From an uncultured Chloroflexia bacterium (GTDB lineage Bacteria; Chloroflexota; Limnocylindria; Limnocylindrales; CSP1-4): 64,000 nt of DNA. The stretch is taken from the NCBI GenBank assembly GCA_963763775.1, contig CAVXPZ010000002.1, forward strand, positions 32,001 through 96,000, read 5' to 3'. The notes beneath the pieces were generated by a model. That model saw only the letters and a program-made list of their open reading frames with translations, made no database searches and was not told the DNA's origin. The first letter of the stretch is position 1; each line of letters starts with the position of its first letter. Positions 9,309 to 18,893 of this stretch are shown piece by piece. Made by a program: the position numbers and the translations under genes.

Positions 9309-10888
9309 CTAGGGGCCGAGGACGCCGGCGAACGGGTCGAACGCCTCCGAGCGGTCCGCCACGGCGTCGCCGCCGAGGGCCCGGGCCGAGGAGACGTCCG
9401 GCGCATCGCCCGCGACGGACCGCCAGCCGCGATCGATGAGCATCTCGAGCGTCGCCGTCGCGACGCCGATCGCCCGCTGGGCGTGGTCGAGCGCGACGCC
9501 GGTCAGGTTCGCGGGCTCGCGGGCGGCCCCGACTTCGCGGGCGATCCGGGCCGCTGCCCGCGTCTCGCGCGCGACCGCCTGCGTCCGGCCGGACGGCGGA
9601 TCACGATCGCGACGTCGCCCGAGATGGAGAGGCCCGCGCTCAGGATGAACGGCCAGGCCGCCGCCTGGTCTGGCGGGACGTCGGGCTCGACGAAGGCCAT
9701 CGGGTGGCCCGAGTAGATCTCGCGACGGATCGCCACCTCGGCGATCGAGCGGGCGCCAGCCGCCGGCTCGTCGACGATCCACGGCGGCAGGGCCCCGACG
9801 GCGACCTGGTCGGCCGGGACGCCGTCGGCGCGCGCGAGCGACACCGCGAGCAGCTGGAGCGCGAGCGCCCGGCCGCAGCGCGTCGCCGGGTCCGACGGGA
9901 TCCCGACGCGCAGGTCCGGCGCCACGACGAGCGACCCGGCGCCGATCATGAGGATGGTGCCGGCCCGACGATGGAGCCGGTGGGCGAAGGCGTGGTCGGA
10001 GAGCGCACGCGCCGGATCGATCCCGGTGGCGACGATCTCGGCCATCGGATCGGCCTCCACGAGATCGATGCGCTCGAAGGCGGCGACGACCGCATCCTCG
10101 GGCGACCAGAGCGCCGGAGCCGCGGTCGCGAGCCGGACATAGCCGCGTCGCTGGGCCGCCAGGCTGTCCGTCAGTCGGCGGATCTCCGCGAGCGCCCGCT
10201 GGCTCCCCGCCGGGGCGGGCTCGACCCGTTCGCGCCCGCCATGTCCGCCGCGGCCCTCGCCGGCGCGCCACTCCGGGACGTCCTCGCCGACGCCCTGCAG
10301 GCGCTCGGCCAATTCCCGCCCGACGGGGACCTCGATGCGGATGACGTCGGCGCCGGCGGCGACGAGCTCGTCGACCTCGTCGAGCGCGCCGTCGAGATCC
10401 GGTTCGACGAGCGTCGTGCCGATCCAGGGTCGCGGCGCGTCACCGAGCAGGCCGATGATCTCGCGCCGCGCGGTCCGGTCGGCGTCGATCCGCTCGATGG
10501 CCGCTCGGCCGAGGCGTGTCGCCTCGGCCTCGGCGACGGCTCGGCGGTCGGGCTCGCGGAGCAGGTCGGCCTCGAGGCCGAGGTCGACGATGCCCGCGGC
10601 GACGTCCATCGCCAGCTGCTGCGGGTCGAGGTCGTATTCGAGCAGGCCCATCGCGAACGGCAGGGCGATCCCGCCCCCGAGACCGCGCCGGTCACGCGCC
10701 AGCCAGCGGTCGACCGTGGCCCCCGCGAGCGGCCGGCCGTCCCGATCGAGGCCGGTCACCCCGAACAGCCGGAGCACGGCGCGCTCCTGGCCCAGCGAGG
10801 TCGTCTCACGGGCGCGCGGCGCGAGGGACGCCGCAAGCGTGTCGGCGCGGGCCACGAGCGCGTCGAGCGGGCCCCAATCGCTCCTCAC
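9309..10888 (-). CDS. Lysine 5,6-aminomutase alpha subunit-like TIM-barrel protein, divergent (frameshift near 9585)
   Basis: TTSLGQERAVLRLFGVTGLDRDGRPL, GADVI, RGYVRL, FERID and the C-terminal DAV..RSEAFDPF match the KamD layout. The C-terminus is in the 9309..10271 frame. Confidence 0.7.
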
Positions 10889-12064
10889 CCGGCGAGTCTC
10901 CCGGCCGCGTGGAGCATCGCGAGCGTCCGATCGATCGGGAGGCCGCGGACGACGTGGCCGTCACGACCCTCGACGGTGTCGGCCCGGAAGAGGGCGTCGA
11001 GCACCGCCGCTTCGGTCGCCTCGACGACCGCGCCGAAGAACGGGTCGAGGTATTCGTCGTCGATGGTCTCGACCGCGAGCAACGGCTGTCCGCTCCCGCG
11101 CGGGATGCGCAGGCCGGTCGAGAACGCGAGGAAGATCTCCCCCGAGCCGTGACCCGCGGTCGAGCCGGTCCTGGCCAGGCCCATCCCCGCGCGCCGGGCC
11201 AGCCGGGTCAGCGCCGGGCCGAGCAGGGGCGCGTCGGTCGCCACGACGACCGCGCAACTGCCGCGCTCGCGGTCGTGCGGGATCGCCTCCGGCCAACCCC
11301 CGGCCGTCAGGGCCTCGCCGACCCGGACGCCGTCGACCGTCAGGCGTCCCATGCGTCCGAAGTTCGCGAGCACCATGACGCCGACCGTGTAGGCGGGACC
11401 TCGAGGGCCCCCGCGACCGTCGAGGTCCTGCGGAATCGCGACGGTCGACCGGATGGACGACGCGCGACGCCGAGCCGATGCCGCCTTTCATCTCGTAGCA
11501 GATCATCCCCGTCCCCGCTCCGACGACGCCGCCGGCCACCGGGCCGCGCTCCGGGCCGGCGGCATCGGCCAGGGCCGCCCGCACGTCGGTCGCGTCGACC
11601 TGGACGGTCCGGGACGCGTTCAGCCAGCCGTCATCGCACTCGCCGACGGCCGGCATGAGCGCGTCATCGATCCCGGCCGCCTCGTCCAGCTCGACGAGCG
11701 TGGCGACGGCCGCGTCGTAGACGCGACCGATCGCCATCGAGCTGGTCCACAGGATCGGCGTCTCGAGGACCCCCCACTCGCCGATCGTGGTGATCCCGAT
11801 CGCCTCGCCGGCGCCGTTGAGGACGGCGGCCCCGGCCGGCACGCGCTGCTGGAACAGCTCGCCGATCCCGAACGGGACGATGGCGGTCACCCCGGTCCGC
11901 GCGATCCCGCGACCCTCCGGGGGCGGCGGCTCGTCGCGCCAGACCGTCGCGTGGCCGACGCGAACGTTCGCGACGTCGACGATCGAATCGGTCGGGCCGG
12001 GCGGGAGCATCCCGATGTGGATGCCCAGGTCGCGCGGGCGGGCTCGCGGGAGCGGCGGGGTCAC
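10885..12064 (-). CDS. DmpA / P1 (S58) family aminopeptidase (frameshift about 11395-11450)
   Basis: RPRDLGIHIG, VRVGHAT, RTGVTAI, VGECDDGWLN, VGAGTGM, KGGIGSASR, then VLANFG and the autocleavage site HGSGEIFLAFST in another frame. Confidence 0.88.
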
Positions 12065-12134
12065 GGGCACCTCCGAGCGGGCGGCTCGCCCGGTCGCGCG
12101 CCCCGGGCTCCTCGATGTCCCAGTATGGCCGCGC

Positions 12135-12976
12135 TCAGTCGACGGTGCCGGCCAGCCGGTTCCCCGCGAGGAACCCGCGGAACGCCAGACCGGGTCGTCG
12201 GACACGTACCGGACGCCGCGATCGCCGACCCGCTCCGCGCCCGGCACGATCGCGGCATGGTCGGCGACGACCCCGCGCGCGTACTCGACCTCGATGACGA
12301 CCGGCGGTGGGACCGTGAGCCGCTGCAGGGCGCCAGGCTCGGCGGCTCGGCGCACGGCCCGCTCAGCGCCGGCGCGGACCCGGTCGCGGGCCACGCTCGG
12401 ATGCACGGAGGCCGCGCTGTTGCCGCCGTCCGCGACCTTGACCACGACCCGCTCGGTCCACGGCAGCCAGGCCTCGACCTCCTCGGCCAGCGCATCGTCG
12501 CCCGTCACCAGCCCGACCGGGATGCCCCAGGCGCCGAGGACCAGGGCGTTCAGGCCGTACTCACCCGTCGGTCGTCCGGCGAGGCGGGTCTCGACGGGCC
12601 GGCCCGAATAGGTGTGGGCGATCGTGCCTCGCGGGTGCCCGGCCCGGGCGTGGTACCCGACGAACAGGGCGACGTCGAATGCCGGGCCACCGTCCGGCCC
12701 GGGCTGGGCGCCGGCGACCATCGACCAGGCCTTCTCGCCCTGGAGGACCCGGGCCGCCGGGTGCAGCTCGGCCGGGAGCAGGTTGCGCATGTCCCAGTGG
12801 CTGTCGTTGACCAGGATGTCGTCCGCGCCGGCGGCGACCGCGCCCTCGATGGCGGCGTTCGTCTCGCCGATCATGAGCTCGACGGACGCGGGATAGCGGA
12901 CGTTCGCCGGATCCGTCGGGTGCGGATGGCTGACGCCGCCGATGCCCTCCATGTCGACGCTGATGTACACCCTCAC
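12135..12976 (-). CDS. M55 family D-aminopeptidase (DppA-like; frameshift near 12188)
   Basis: MRVYISVDMEG, VNDSH, FVGYHA, AHTYS, VTGDD; natural end AFRGFLAGNRLAGTVD* at 12135 in a shifted frame. Confidence 0.88.
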
Positions 12977-13722
12977 GACGGCCCCTCCTCGAGTCCGGTC
13001 CGCGCGGCATGCCCCACCCAGACGTGGCCGTCCGCGAACCGTTCGGCCTTCCAGATCGGCACCCGCGCCTTCGTCTCATCGATCGCGTAGCGAGCCGCCT
13101 CGAAGGCGGCGGCTCGATGCGGCGACACGGCGACGACGGCGATGGACGCCTCGCCGAGCGGCACGACCCCGAGACGGTGGACGATGGCCAGGCCGTCGAC
13201 GCCGAACCGCGCCTCGACCTCGTCGGCGATCGTCGCGAGCATCGCGAGGGCCATCGACTCGTGGGCCTCGTACTCGAGCGACTCGACGTCCCGTCCGACG
13301 TGCCGGGCCGCCTCGGCCTCCTGCCCGGGTGCCGGGGTCCCGGGCGTCGACCGGGTCCGCCCCAGGAACCCGACGACCGCGCCGTCGCCCGGGTCGGCGA
13401 GCCGGTCCGCCAACTCCCCGAGGACCGACGCGTCGAACGGCGACTCGCGCAGCTCGAGGACTCGCGTCGCCGACCCGCCCGAGACCGGCGGGATCATCGC
13501 GACCTCGTCCCCGTCAGCGAGGGCGGTCATGGGGTCCGCGTACGCGCCGTTGCACGCGAACCTGACGGACGGCCGCCCGGGCCCGAGGACCGGGAACCGC
13601 GCGACGAGCGCGGCCCAGGCATCCTCGATCGTCGCGCCGTCGCCGAGCTCGACCGGGACGTCGCGCGTGCCGGCCTGTTCGCGCTGCATCGCGAACAGGC
13701 GGATCCGGACCGTGATGGGCAT
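12973..13722 (-). CDS. MoaD-MoaE fusion (molybdopterin synthase, MoaX-like)
   Basis: N-terminal MoaD ending MIPPVSGG, followed by MoaE motifs GAVVGFLG, LEYEAH, HRLG, SPHR, PIWKAE. Confidence 0.92.
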   Translation of the reverse strand: MPITVRIRLFAMQREQAGTRDVPVELGDGATIEDAWAALVARFPVLGPGRPSVRFACNGAYADPMTALADGDEVAMIPPVSGGSATRVLELRESPFDASVLGELADRLADPGDGAVVGFLGRTRSTPGTPAPGQEAEAARHVGRDVESLEYEAHESMALAMLATIADEVEARFGVDGLAIVHRLGVVPLGEASIAVVAVSPHRAAAFEAARYAIDETKARVPIWKAERFADGHVWVGHAARTGLEEGPS

Positions 13723-13723
13723 C

Positions 13724-14392
13724 TCAGCCGTGCCACGTCGCGACGAGCAGCCCGTCGCCGAGCGGGAGGATCGTCGCGGTGAATCGCGGGTCGCCCAGGA
13801 CGGTGGCGCAGAAGGCCCGCAGCGCCTCGGTGTTCGCGTCGCCCGTGCCGCCGCCCGTCGCCCCGGACGATCGGCCGCTCCACAGGACGTTGTCCGCGAC
13901 GACGAGGGCGTGCGGGGCGAGGCGCGGGATCAGCGCCTCGAGGTACGCCCCGTATTCCGGCTTGAGGGCATCGATGAAGGCGAGGTCGAACGGTCCGTCC
14001 AGCGCCGGGACCGCGGCGGCGAACGCCTCGAGCGCCGGCGCGGAGACCACGATGATCCGATCGTCGGCGATGCCCGCATCGCGCCACCAGCCGCGCGCGA
14101 GGTCCGTCCGCGTCCGGTCCGGGTCGATGGTCGCGATCGTCCCGTCGCCGGGCTGGCCGAGGGCGAGCCAGAGCGTCGAGTAGCCGTACGCGGTGCCGAC
14201 CTCGACGATCCGACGCCGCCCGCCCGCCAGGACCGAGAGGACCCGGCCGGAGTCCCGGTCGACGATCGGGACATGGAGCGGCTCGGCCGCCGCCTCGATC
14301 GCGAGGAGCGCGGGTACCGGCGGCAGCCCGAGCGACTCGATCCACTCGAGGTCGGTCGTGGTCGGGATCCAGCTCCGATCGTCCTTGCCCAT
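13724..14392 (-). CDS. SAM-dependent O-methyltransferase
   Basis: VEVGTAYGYSTLWLA, FDLAFIDALK, ADNVLWSG, PLGDGL. Confidence 0.9.
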   Translation of the reverse strand: MGKDDRSWIPTTTDLEWIESLGLPPVPALLAIEAAAEPLHVPIVDRDSGRVLSVLAGGRRRIVEVGTAYGYSTLWLALGQPGDGTIATIDPDRTRTDLARGWWRDAGIADDRIIVVSAPALEAFAAAVPALDGPFDLAFIDALKPEYGAYLEALIPRLAPHALVVADNVLWSGRSSGATGGGTGDANTEALRAFCATVLGDPRFTATILPLGDGLLVATWHG

Positions 14393-14406
14393 CGTCGTCT
14401 CCTCTT

Positions 14407-15246
14407 CTAGACCAGCAGTCCGGCGCCGAAATACAGCCCGGCGGCGAGGATGGTCCCCGCGGCGACCGATCCGACGTTGATGTACAGCAGCCCGGTCGCC
14501 GACTCCATCGACCGCGTTCGCGCCGTCTTGACCGAGGCCACCGACACGATCAACGGGAACACGAGTCCGACGATCAGTCGCAGCCACACGAACAGCGCCC
14601 ACGGGCCGACGAGCGCCGCGAACGGCGCGACGTCCGCCGGACCGGCACCCGTCGCGGTCCACGCCGCGAACAGCACGACCTGGATGGCGATCACGGCGAC
14701 CAGCACGCGCGTCAGCAGGATGAGCGGCCCCTCGGCCAGCTTGGGTGTCACGAGATACCAATGGCCGAGGATCATCGCCGCGAAGACGCCGCCGATCGCC
14801 GCCGCGACGACCGCCAGCTGCGTCAACAGGGAGACACTGCCCATCGCGCCGCCGCCCCAGGCGAGCGCGCCGAAGACCAGCGTCGCGACCCCGGCCGCCA
14901 GGGCGGCCCAGCCGAGCGCGTCCGCGACCCCGGGCCGGATCCGGCGGAGGAGCAGGGCGCCGCCCGCCAGGAGGCAGAAGGCCGCCAGGGCTTCGCGGCG
15001 AGGCGCGTCCCATGCCGGGTCGACGGTCACCGGCGAGTCACCGAGTGTCGTGGGAAGGGCCCCGTCCGAGATCCACGCGAGGACGCCGAACGCGATCGCG
15101 CAGACCGCGGTGAACGCCAGATAGCCGCTCGTGGCGGCCGTCCGACGGTGCAGCATGACGACCGCGGCATAGGTCCCGAGCGCGAGGCCCGTCAGCAACG
15201 TCCAGTTGATGAAGGCGAGGTTCTGGGCGATCTGTGTGGCGGGCAC
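14407..15246 (-). CDS. Conserved multi-pass membrane protein of unknown function
   Basis: About 8 hydrophobic helices with motifs AMILGHWYL and SATGLLYI; TACACT -10 7 nt before GTG. Confidence 0.75.
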   Translation of the reverse strand: MPATQIAQNLAFINWTLLTGLALGTYAAVVMLHRRTAATSGYLAFTAVCAIAFGVLAWISDGALPTTLGDSPVTVDPAWDAPRREALAAFCLLAGGALLLRRIRPGVADALGWAALAAGVATLVFGALAWGGGAMGSVSLLTQLAVVAAAIGGVFAAMILGHWYLVTPKLAEGPLILLTRVLVAVIAIQVVLFAAWTATGAGPADVAPFAALVGPWALFVWLRLIVGLVFPLIVSVASVKTARTRSMESATGLLYINVGSVAAGTILAAGLYFGAGLLV

Positions 15247-15299
15247 GAACGCGAGTGTAGCCGCGTCGCTAGCATCGTCGGCACAGGAGGTTCGAAGCG

Positions 15300-16031
15300 A
15301 TGGGTATCGGTCGCGACACGACGGTCACCTGGTACGGCCACGCCTGCGTCGAGGTCCGGACACCGGGCGGGAAGGTGATCCTGATCGACCCGTGGTTCGG
15401 CAACCCGCGCTCACCCCGGACGGCCAATTCGGTCGACCGGTGCGACATCATGCTGGTGACCCACGGGCACAGCGACCATATGGGCGAGGCCGTGGCGATC
15501 GCCAGCCGGCTCCGGCCAGCGTGGCCGTGCATCCATGAGATGAGCCTGTGGCTGGCCCGGCGGCTCGCCGGCGGCGGCGAGGCCGTCATCGGCATGAACA
15601 AGGGCGGGACCGTCGAGCTCGACGGCGTCAAGGTGACGATGACCGGCGCCGACCATTCCGCCGGCGACTGGAACGCCGCCGGCGAGGTCCCGCTCTACCT
15701 GGGCGAGCCTGCCGGGTTCGTGGTCGAACTCGAGAACGGGTTCCGCCTCTACCACGCGGGCGACACGAACGTCTTCGGGGACATGCGCATCATCGGCGAG
15801 CTGTATCACCCCGACGTCGCCCTGCTCCCGATCGGGGGGCACTACACCATGGGCCCGACCGAAGCCGCCCTCGCGGCCGAGTTGCTCGGCGTGGATACCG
15901 TCATCGCCATCCACTACGGGACGTTCCCGATCCTGGCCGGGACCCCGGACGCGCTCCGCGCGGCCCTCGCCGCCCGCGGACGGTCGGACGTGATCGTCTA
16001 CGCGCCGGAACCGGGTGAGCCGGTCGGCTGA
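15300..16031 (+). CDS. Metallo-beta-lactamase fold hydrolase (UPF0173-like)
   Basis: WYGHAC, IDPW, THGHSDH, YHAGDT, PIGGHYTM, IHYGTFP. Confidence 0.92.
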   Translation: MGIGRDTTVTWYGHACVEVRTPGGKVILIDPWFGNPRSPRTANSVDRCDIMLVTHGHSDHMGEAVAIASRLRPAWPCIHEMSLWLARRLAGGGEAVIGMNKGGTVELDGVKVTMTGADHSAGDWNAAGEVPLYLGEPAGFVVELENGFRLYHAGDTNVFGDMRIIGELYHPDVALLPIGGHYTMGPTEAALAAELLGVDTVIAIHYGTFPILAGTPDALRAALAARGRSDVIVYAPEPGEPVG

Positions 16032-16111
16032 GTCCCGCCGGGACCGCGATGCCGTACCGTAGGCTGCGAGCCGAGCGCCGCCAGACGATCCCCACACACC
16101 GGGAGGCGATC

Positions 16112-16981
16112 ATCGATCCGTTTGACTTCGCGCTCCTGGCCTGGGCGTTCGCCTTCGGCCTGGCGGCAGCGTGGCTCGCCCGCCGCCGTGAGCGCGTCCC
16201 CGCCGCGTGGGCCGTCTACGGGGCCATCCTCGGCCCTGTCGCGCTCACCCTTCTCTGGCTGGCACCGCCCGGGCGGTGTCGAGTCTGCCGGTCGTCCGTG
16301 CGCGGCTGGACGTCGACCTGCACCTGGTGTGGGAGCGACGTCCGTGGTGCCGCGAGCCGATTCGCGCCTCGCCCGGTGCGCGCCGTGCCGTCACCGCAGG
16401 CGATCGTCGTTGCCGAGGCGGCCGCGGCCGACGTCCCAGGGGTCGCGGCCGGTGGGCCAGAGCCTCGGACGGTTCCGCCGGACCCGGCGACCCCCCATCC
16501 GATCATCTCGGTCGCGCCGACACGCCGACCGGCCGATGGCGACGACGCGGCCGTGCCGGCGGCCCCGAGCGCGACGACCGTCGTGACCCCCGAGACGGCC
16601 AGTTCCGGGTCGACCGACACGAAACCACCGTCGAAGCGCGCCTCGAAACGACCGACGCCGGCATCACCGCCGGGCGTGGTCCTCGGCTCGGGCATCTTCG
16701 TGACGGGGACCGTCGGACTGTCGGCGGGGTCGCGGTACGCGATCGAGATCTCGGGGCACGACCTGCGGGTCGTCGCGACCTCCCGAACGGGGACCGCCCC
16801 GTCGCCGTTCACCCGAGCACTTCCGGGATTCGAGGCGACCGCCGTCGACGGCCGGCTGATCATCGCGTCCAGCGGCCGGAATGGCGCCGTCCTCGTCTTC
16901 ATGTCCGTCGACGGCGCCGGTCCGTCCGCTGTCGCCGACGCGATCAACCGCGCCGTGGACGACGCCGGAGGCACGTCGTGA
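16112..16981 (+). CDS. Membrane protein with zinc ribbon and C-terminal PH-like domain; start uncertain (possibly ATC)
   Basis: Two TM helices, CRVC...CTWC, Pro/Ala/Thr linker, beta-rich C-terminal domain; SD GGGAGG at 16101-16106. Confidence 0.6.
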   Translation: MDPFDFALLAWAFAFGLAAAWLARRRERVPAAWAVYGAILGPVALTLLWLAPPGRCRVCRSSVRGWTSTCTWCGSDVRGAASRFAPRPVRAVPSPQAIVVAEAAAADVPGVAAGGPEPRTVPPDPATPHPIISVAPTRRPADGDDAAVPAAPSATTVVTPETASSGSTDTKPPSKRASKRPTPASPPGVVLGSGIFVTGTVGLSAGSRYAIEISGHDLRVVATSRTGTAPSPFTRALPGFEATAVDGRLIIASSGRNGAVLVFMSVDGAGPSAVADAINRAVDDAGGTS

Positions 16982-17763
16982 GCGGGACGGCGGGACCAGT
17001 GCGGCCGACCACGTCCAGGCTGCGCGAGAGCCTCAGCCCGGAGGCGATCTCGGTCGGCCTGATCGCGTTCCTCATGCTCGGGGCCATCGGGGCCATCGTC
17101 ACCGGAGGCACGCCGAGTCGCCTGGACGGCGGGTCTGGCGGTCCGCCGAGCGCACCGGCATCAGCCGGCGCGGTGGCGCCGTCGACCTCGCTCCTGCCGC
17201 CGACCGCGATCCCGACGCCCACGCCGACCCCGACCCCGACGCCGGAACCGACACCCACGCCGTCGCCCACGCCCACCGCGGCGCCGACGCCGACACCGAC
17301 ACCCACGCCGACCGCGGTGCCCACGCCGGTCGCGTGGCAGGCGACCGCCCGGACCGTGCTCGCGGCCGACGAGCGGCTGATCCTGGCTCGCGAGGAGCTT
17401 CGGGCGGTCCTGCGAACGAACCCGAAGCGCGCGGACGACCTCATCCGTCTGCTCCGCTCGACCAACCAGACGCTCAGTGCCACCAGCGACGCCATCGCGA
17501 CGCTGGCCCGCGAGCACGCGCCGAGCGACCTGGTATCACGGCTCCGGGAGGTCCATCAGACGGCGCTGGATGCGAGCGTTGCCACGCTCGCGAATGCCTT
17601 CAGCGATGTCGCTGCGTATCGCGCCGGGTCCGCGAAGGTCGCCGACATCCTGGGCGGCCTCGAGCCGTTGATGGTGGACCTCGCGACCGCCGCCGGCCTG
17701 CCCGACCCGTTCCCCGGCGGCACCCCCGCGAGCGCCTCCCCGAGCGCGTCGCCGGCGCCGTGA
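16978..17763 (+). CDS. Membrane-anchored protein with PT repeat stalk and helical C-terminal domain
   Basis: GTG overlaps the previous stop; TM ISVGLIAFLMLGAIGAIV; (PT)n tract; amphipathic helices. Confidence 0.7.
   Translation: MSGTAGPVRPTTSRLRESLSPEAISVGLIAFLMLGAIGAIVTGGTPSRLDGGSGGPPSAPASAGAVAPSTSLLPPTAIPTPTPTPTPTPEPTPTPSPTPTAAPTPTPTPTPTAVPTPVAWQATARTVLAADERLILAREELRAVLRTNPKRADDLIRLLRSTNQTLSATSDAIATLAREHAPSDLVSRLREVHQTALDASVATLANAFSDVAAYRAGSAKVADILGGLEPLMVDLATAAGLPDPFPGGTPASASPSASPAP
17210..17330 (+). repeat. Pro-Thr coding hexamer repeat
   Basis: Degenerate (CCGACG/CCCACG/CCGACC)n encoding PTPTPT. Confidence 0.85.
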
Positions 17764-17867
17764 AGTCGAGGCGACCGAGCCTTCCCGGGATCGTCCCGCC
17801 CCGAGGGCTGTGCTAGGCTCCCGGACGGTCCAGCCACGGAAGTGAGGAGTCTGACATCCCCATCATC

Positions 17868-18101
17868 GTGGGCGACGTCGGTCGCCGGCTGCTCGACGGC
17901 GTGCCGCTCGACACTCGGTCGGTCCTGCTGGCCGCGATCGCCGGGACCGCGCTGCTCGTGATCCTCGCGATGCGCGAGATCGAGCTCATCCTGCGGCCCG
18001 AGTCCGAGCACCGCGTGCACCGCCTCGACGGGGCGATCGCCGTCCTGTGCGTGGCCGTCGGGACGATCATCCTCGATCGGGCGTTCGCGATCCTCTCGTG
18101 A
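17868..18101 (+). CDS. Small two-TM membrane protein
   Basis: Two hydrophobic helices; stop overlaps the GTG of the CPBP gene; start may be an upstream ATC at 17856. Confidence 0.65.
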   Translation: MGDVGRRLLDGVPLDTRSVLLAAIAGTALLVILAMREIELILRPESEHRVHRLDGAIAVLCVAVGTIILDRAFAILS

Positions 18102-18859
18102 CGACCGACGAACGCCCGTCCACCTCGCCGCTCGCGCGGACCGCCGACCTCGACCGACTGCTCCTCTGGCTGGGGCTGCTCGCCGCGGCGGGCGTCGTCG
18201 GCGCGGTCGCACCGCTCCTCGGGGCCCTGGCGGATGCCGCGATCCTGGTGGGGTTCGCCGTCATCGCGCGTTCGAAGCGTCCCCTCGGCGACGCCGCCAC
18301 CGCGCTGATGCTCGTCCCGCTGCTTCGGCTCCTGTGGGTCACGATCCTCATCGAAGCCGTCCCGCAGGCCGACCGGACGCTGCTGGTCGCCGTGCCGTAT
18401 CTCGTGGCGACCTTCCTGATCGCGCGCGGCCTCGACGTGACCCCCCACGAAGTCGGCCTGGGCCGCCCGGCCCGACCGTGGGTCGACGTCGCCGTCGCTG
18501 CCGGGATCGGTGCCGCCGGACTCGCGATCGGGCTCCTCGTCGGATCGGAGGTCCACTGGGCGACGACGGCGAGCGGGTTCCAGGTCCGGGCCATCGGCTA
18601 CGCGATCGTCATCGCGTATGCCGAGGAGCTGGCCTTCCGCGGCCTCATGCCCAAGGTCCTCGAGCGTCACGTCCCCGGGCTCGGGTATGCCCTGGCCGCC
18701 GCCGCCTACGCGATCCTCGCCCTCGGTGCCGGCTCGCTGCTCCTCGTCGCCCTCACGATCGGGCTCGGGATCGCGACGACACTCGCGGCGCGGTCGACCG
18801 GGTCGCTCTGGGGCGTCATCGCCGGTCATGCCGCCTTCCTGATCCTGCTGAACGTCTGA
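18098..18859 (+). CDS. CPBP (CAAX/Abi) family intramembrane metalloprotease
   Basis: AEELAFRGL motif and RSTGSLWGVIAGHAAF; multi-TM. Confidence 0.82.
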   Translation: MTTDERPSTSPLARTADLDRLLLWLGLLAAAGVVGAVAPLLGALADAAILVGFAVIARSKRPLGDAATALMLVPLLRLLWVTILIEAVPQADRTLLVAVPYLVATFLIARGLDVTPHEVGLGRPARPWVDVAVAAGIGAAGLAIGLLVGSEVHWATTASGFQVRAIGYAIVIAYAEELAFRGLMPKVLERHVPGLGYALAAAAYAILALGAGSLLLVALTIGLGIATTLAARSTGSLWGVIAGHAAFLILLNV

Positions 18860-18893
18860 CCGAGGGTCCGCGCGGACCCGGACCTCGCGGCCG

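Noticed and set aside
10961-12976. Apparent M55-DmpA peptidase fusion (671-aa ORF)
   Set aside because: M55 has a natural end at 12135 in a shifted frame, and DmpA has its own GGAGG and GTG at 12064.
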